Shown here piece by piece: positions 63,850-64,000 of a stretch of 64,000 bases of DNA (position 1 is its first letter; each line of letters starts with the position of its first letter). This stretch comes from the human T2T-CHM13v2.0 reference genome, Homo sapiens, in assembly GCF_009914755.1 (NCBI RefSeq), contig NC_060939.1; one strand, 5' to 3'. The notes under the pieces are model-generated. The model had not been told where the DNA came from, ran no database searches, and saw nothing but the letters and a program-made list of their open reading frames with translations. Position numbers and translations under genes: made by a program.

Positions 63850-64000
63850 CATACCTACTATTTGGCCCTTTAAAAAAATAAAAACTTGACCTTGTGTTCT
63901 GAGGGCCTTGTATTCTGAAGAGGAGACGTGGGTAAAGAAACAAAGGGTCACAGCATAGCCAGGGCAGTCCCAGGTGTAAGAAAAAGCCCCAAAAACCCAG

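Overview
Non-coding primate (anthropoid, probably human or great ape) genomic DNA of moderate GC content. The species call rests on AluS elements, a full-length THE1, an L1PA 3' end and a MER51 LTR. No cellular protein-coding exon, rRNA, tRNA or CRISPR array is recognisable. The only ORF-track entries with real homology are decayed L1 ORF1/ORF2, ERVL reverse transcriptase, and MaLR/Alu-derived frames. A large part of the window is interspersed repeat: many MIR and L2 fragments, 7 Alus, old MLT1/LTR16/LTR33 LTRs, a MaLR internal+LTR, a near-full-length HAL1-like element, a 3'-deleted L1MA and hAT MITEs. The repeat-free gaps hold several TAAT/POU/PBX-HOX/MEIS-motif-rich blocks. The strongest is 58.95-59.86 kb, next to a small CpG-rich island, which suggests an enhancer landscape (gene desert or large intron) of a developmental gene; the locus itself cannot be named from sequence alone. 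The most notable sequence-level observations are a short L1 3' transduction bounded by a TSD (63.56-63.90 kb), two unexplained 48-60 bp paired duplications about 2 kb apart, phased TAATTA sites, a CCAAT/octamer-rich LTR pair, and several datable nested insertions. Repeat subfamily names come from recalled consensus similarity, and boundaries of the old repeats are approximate. I did not find firm evidence of a wholly new biological system.
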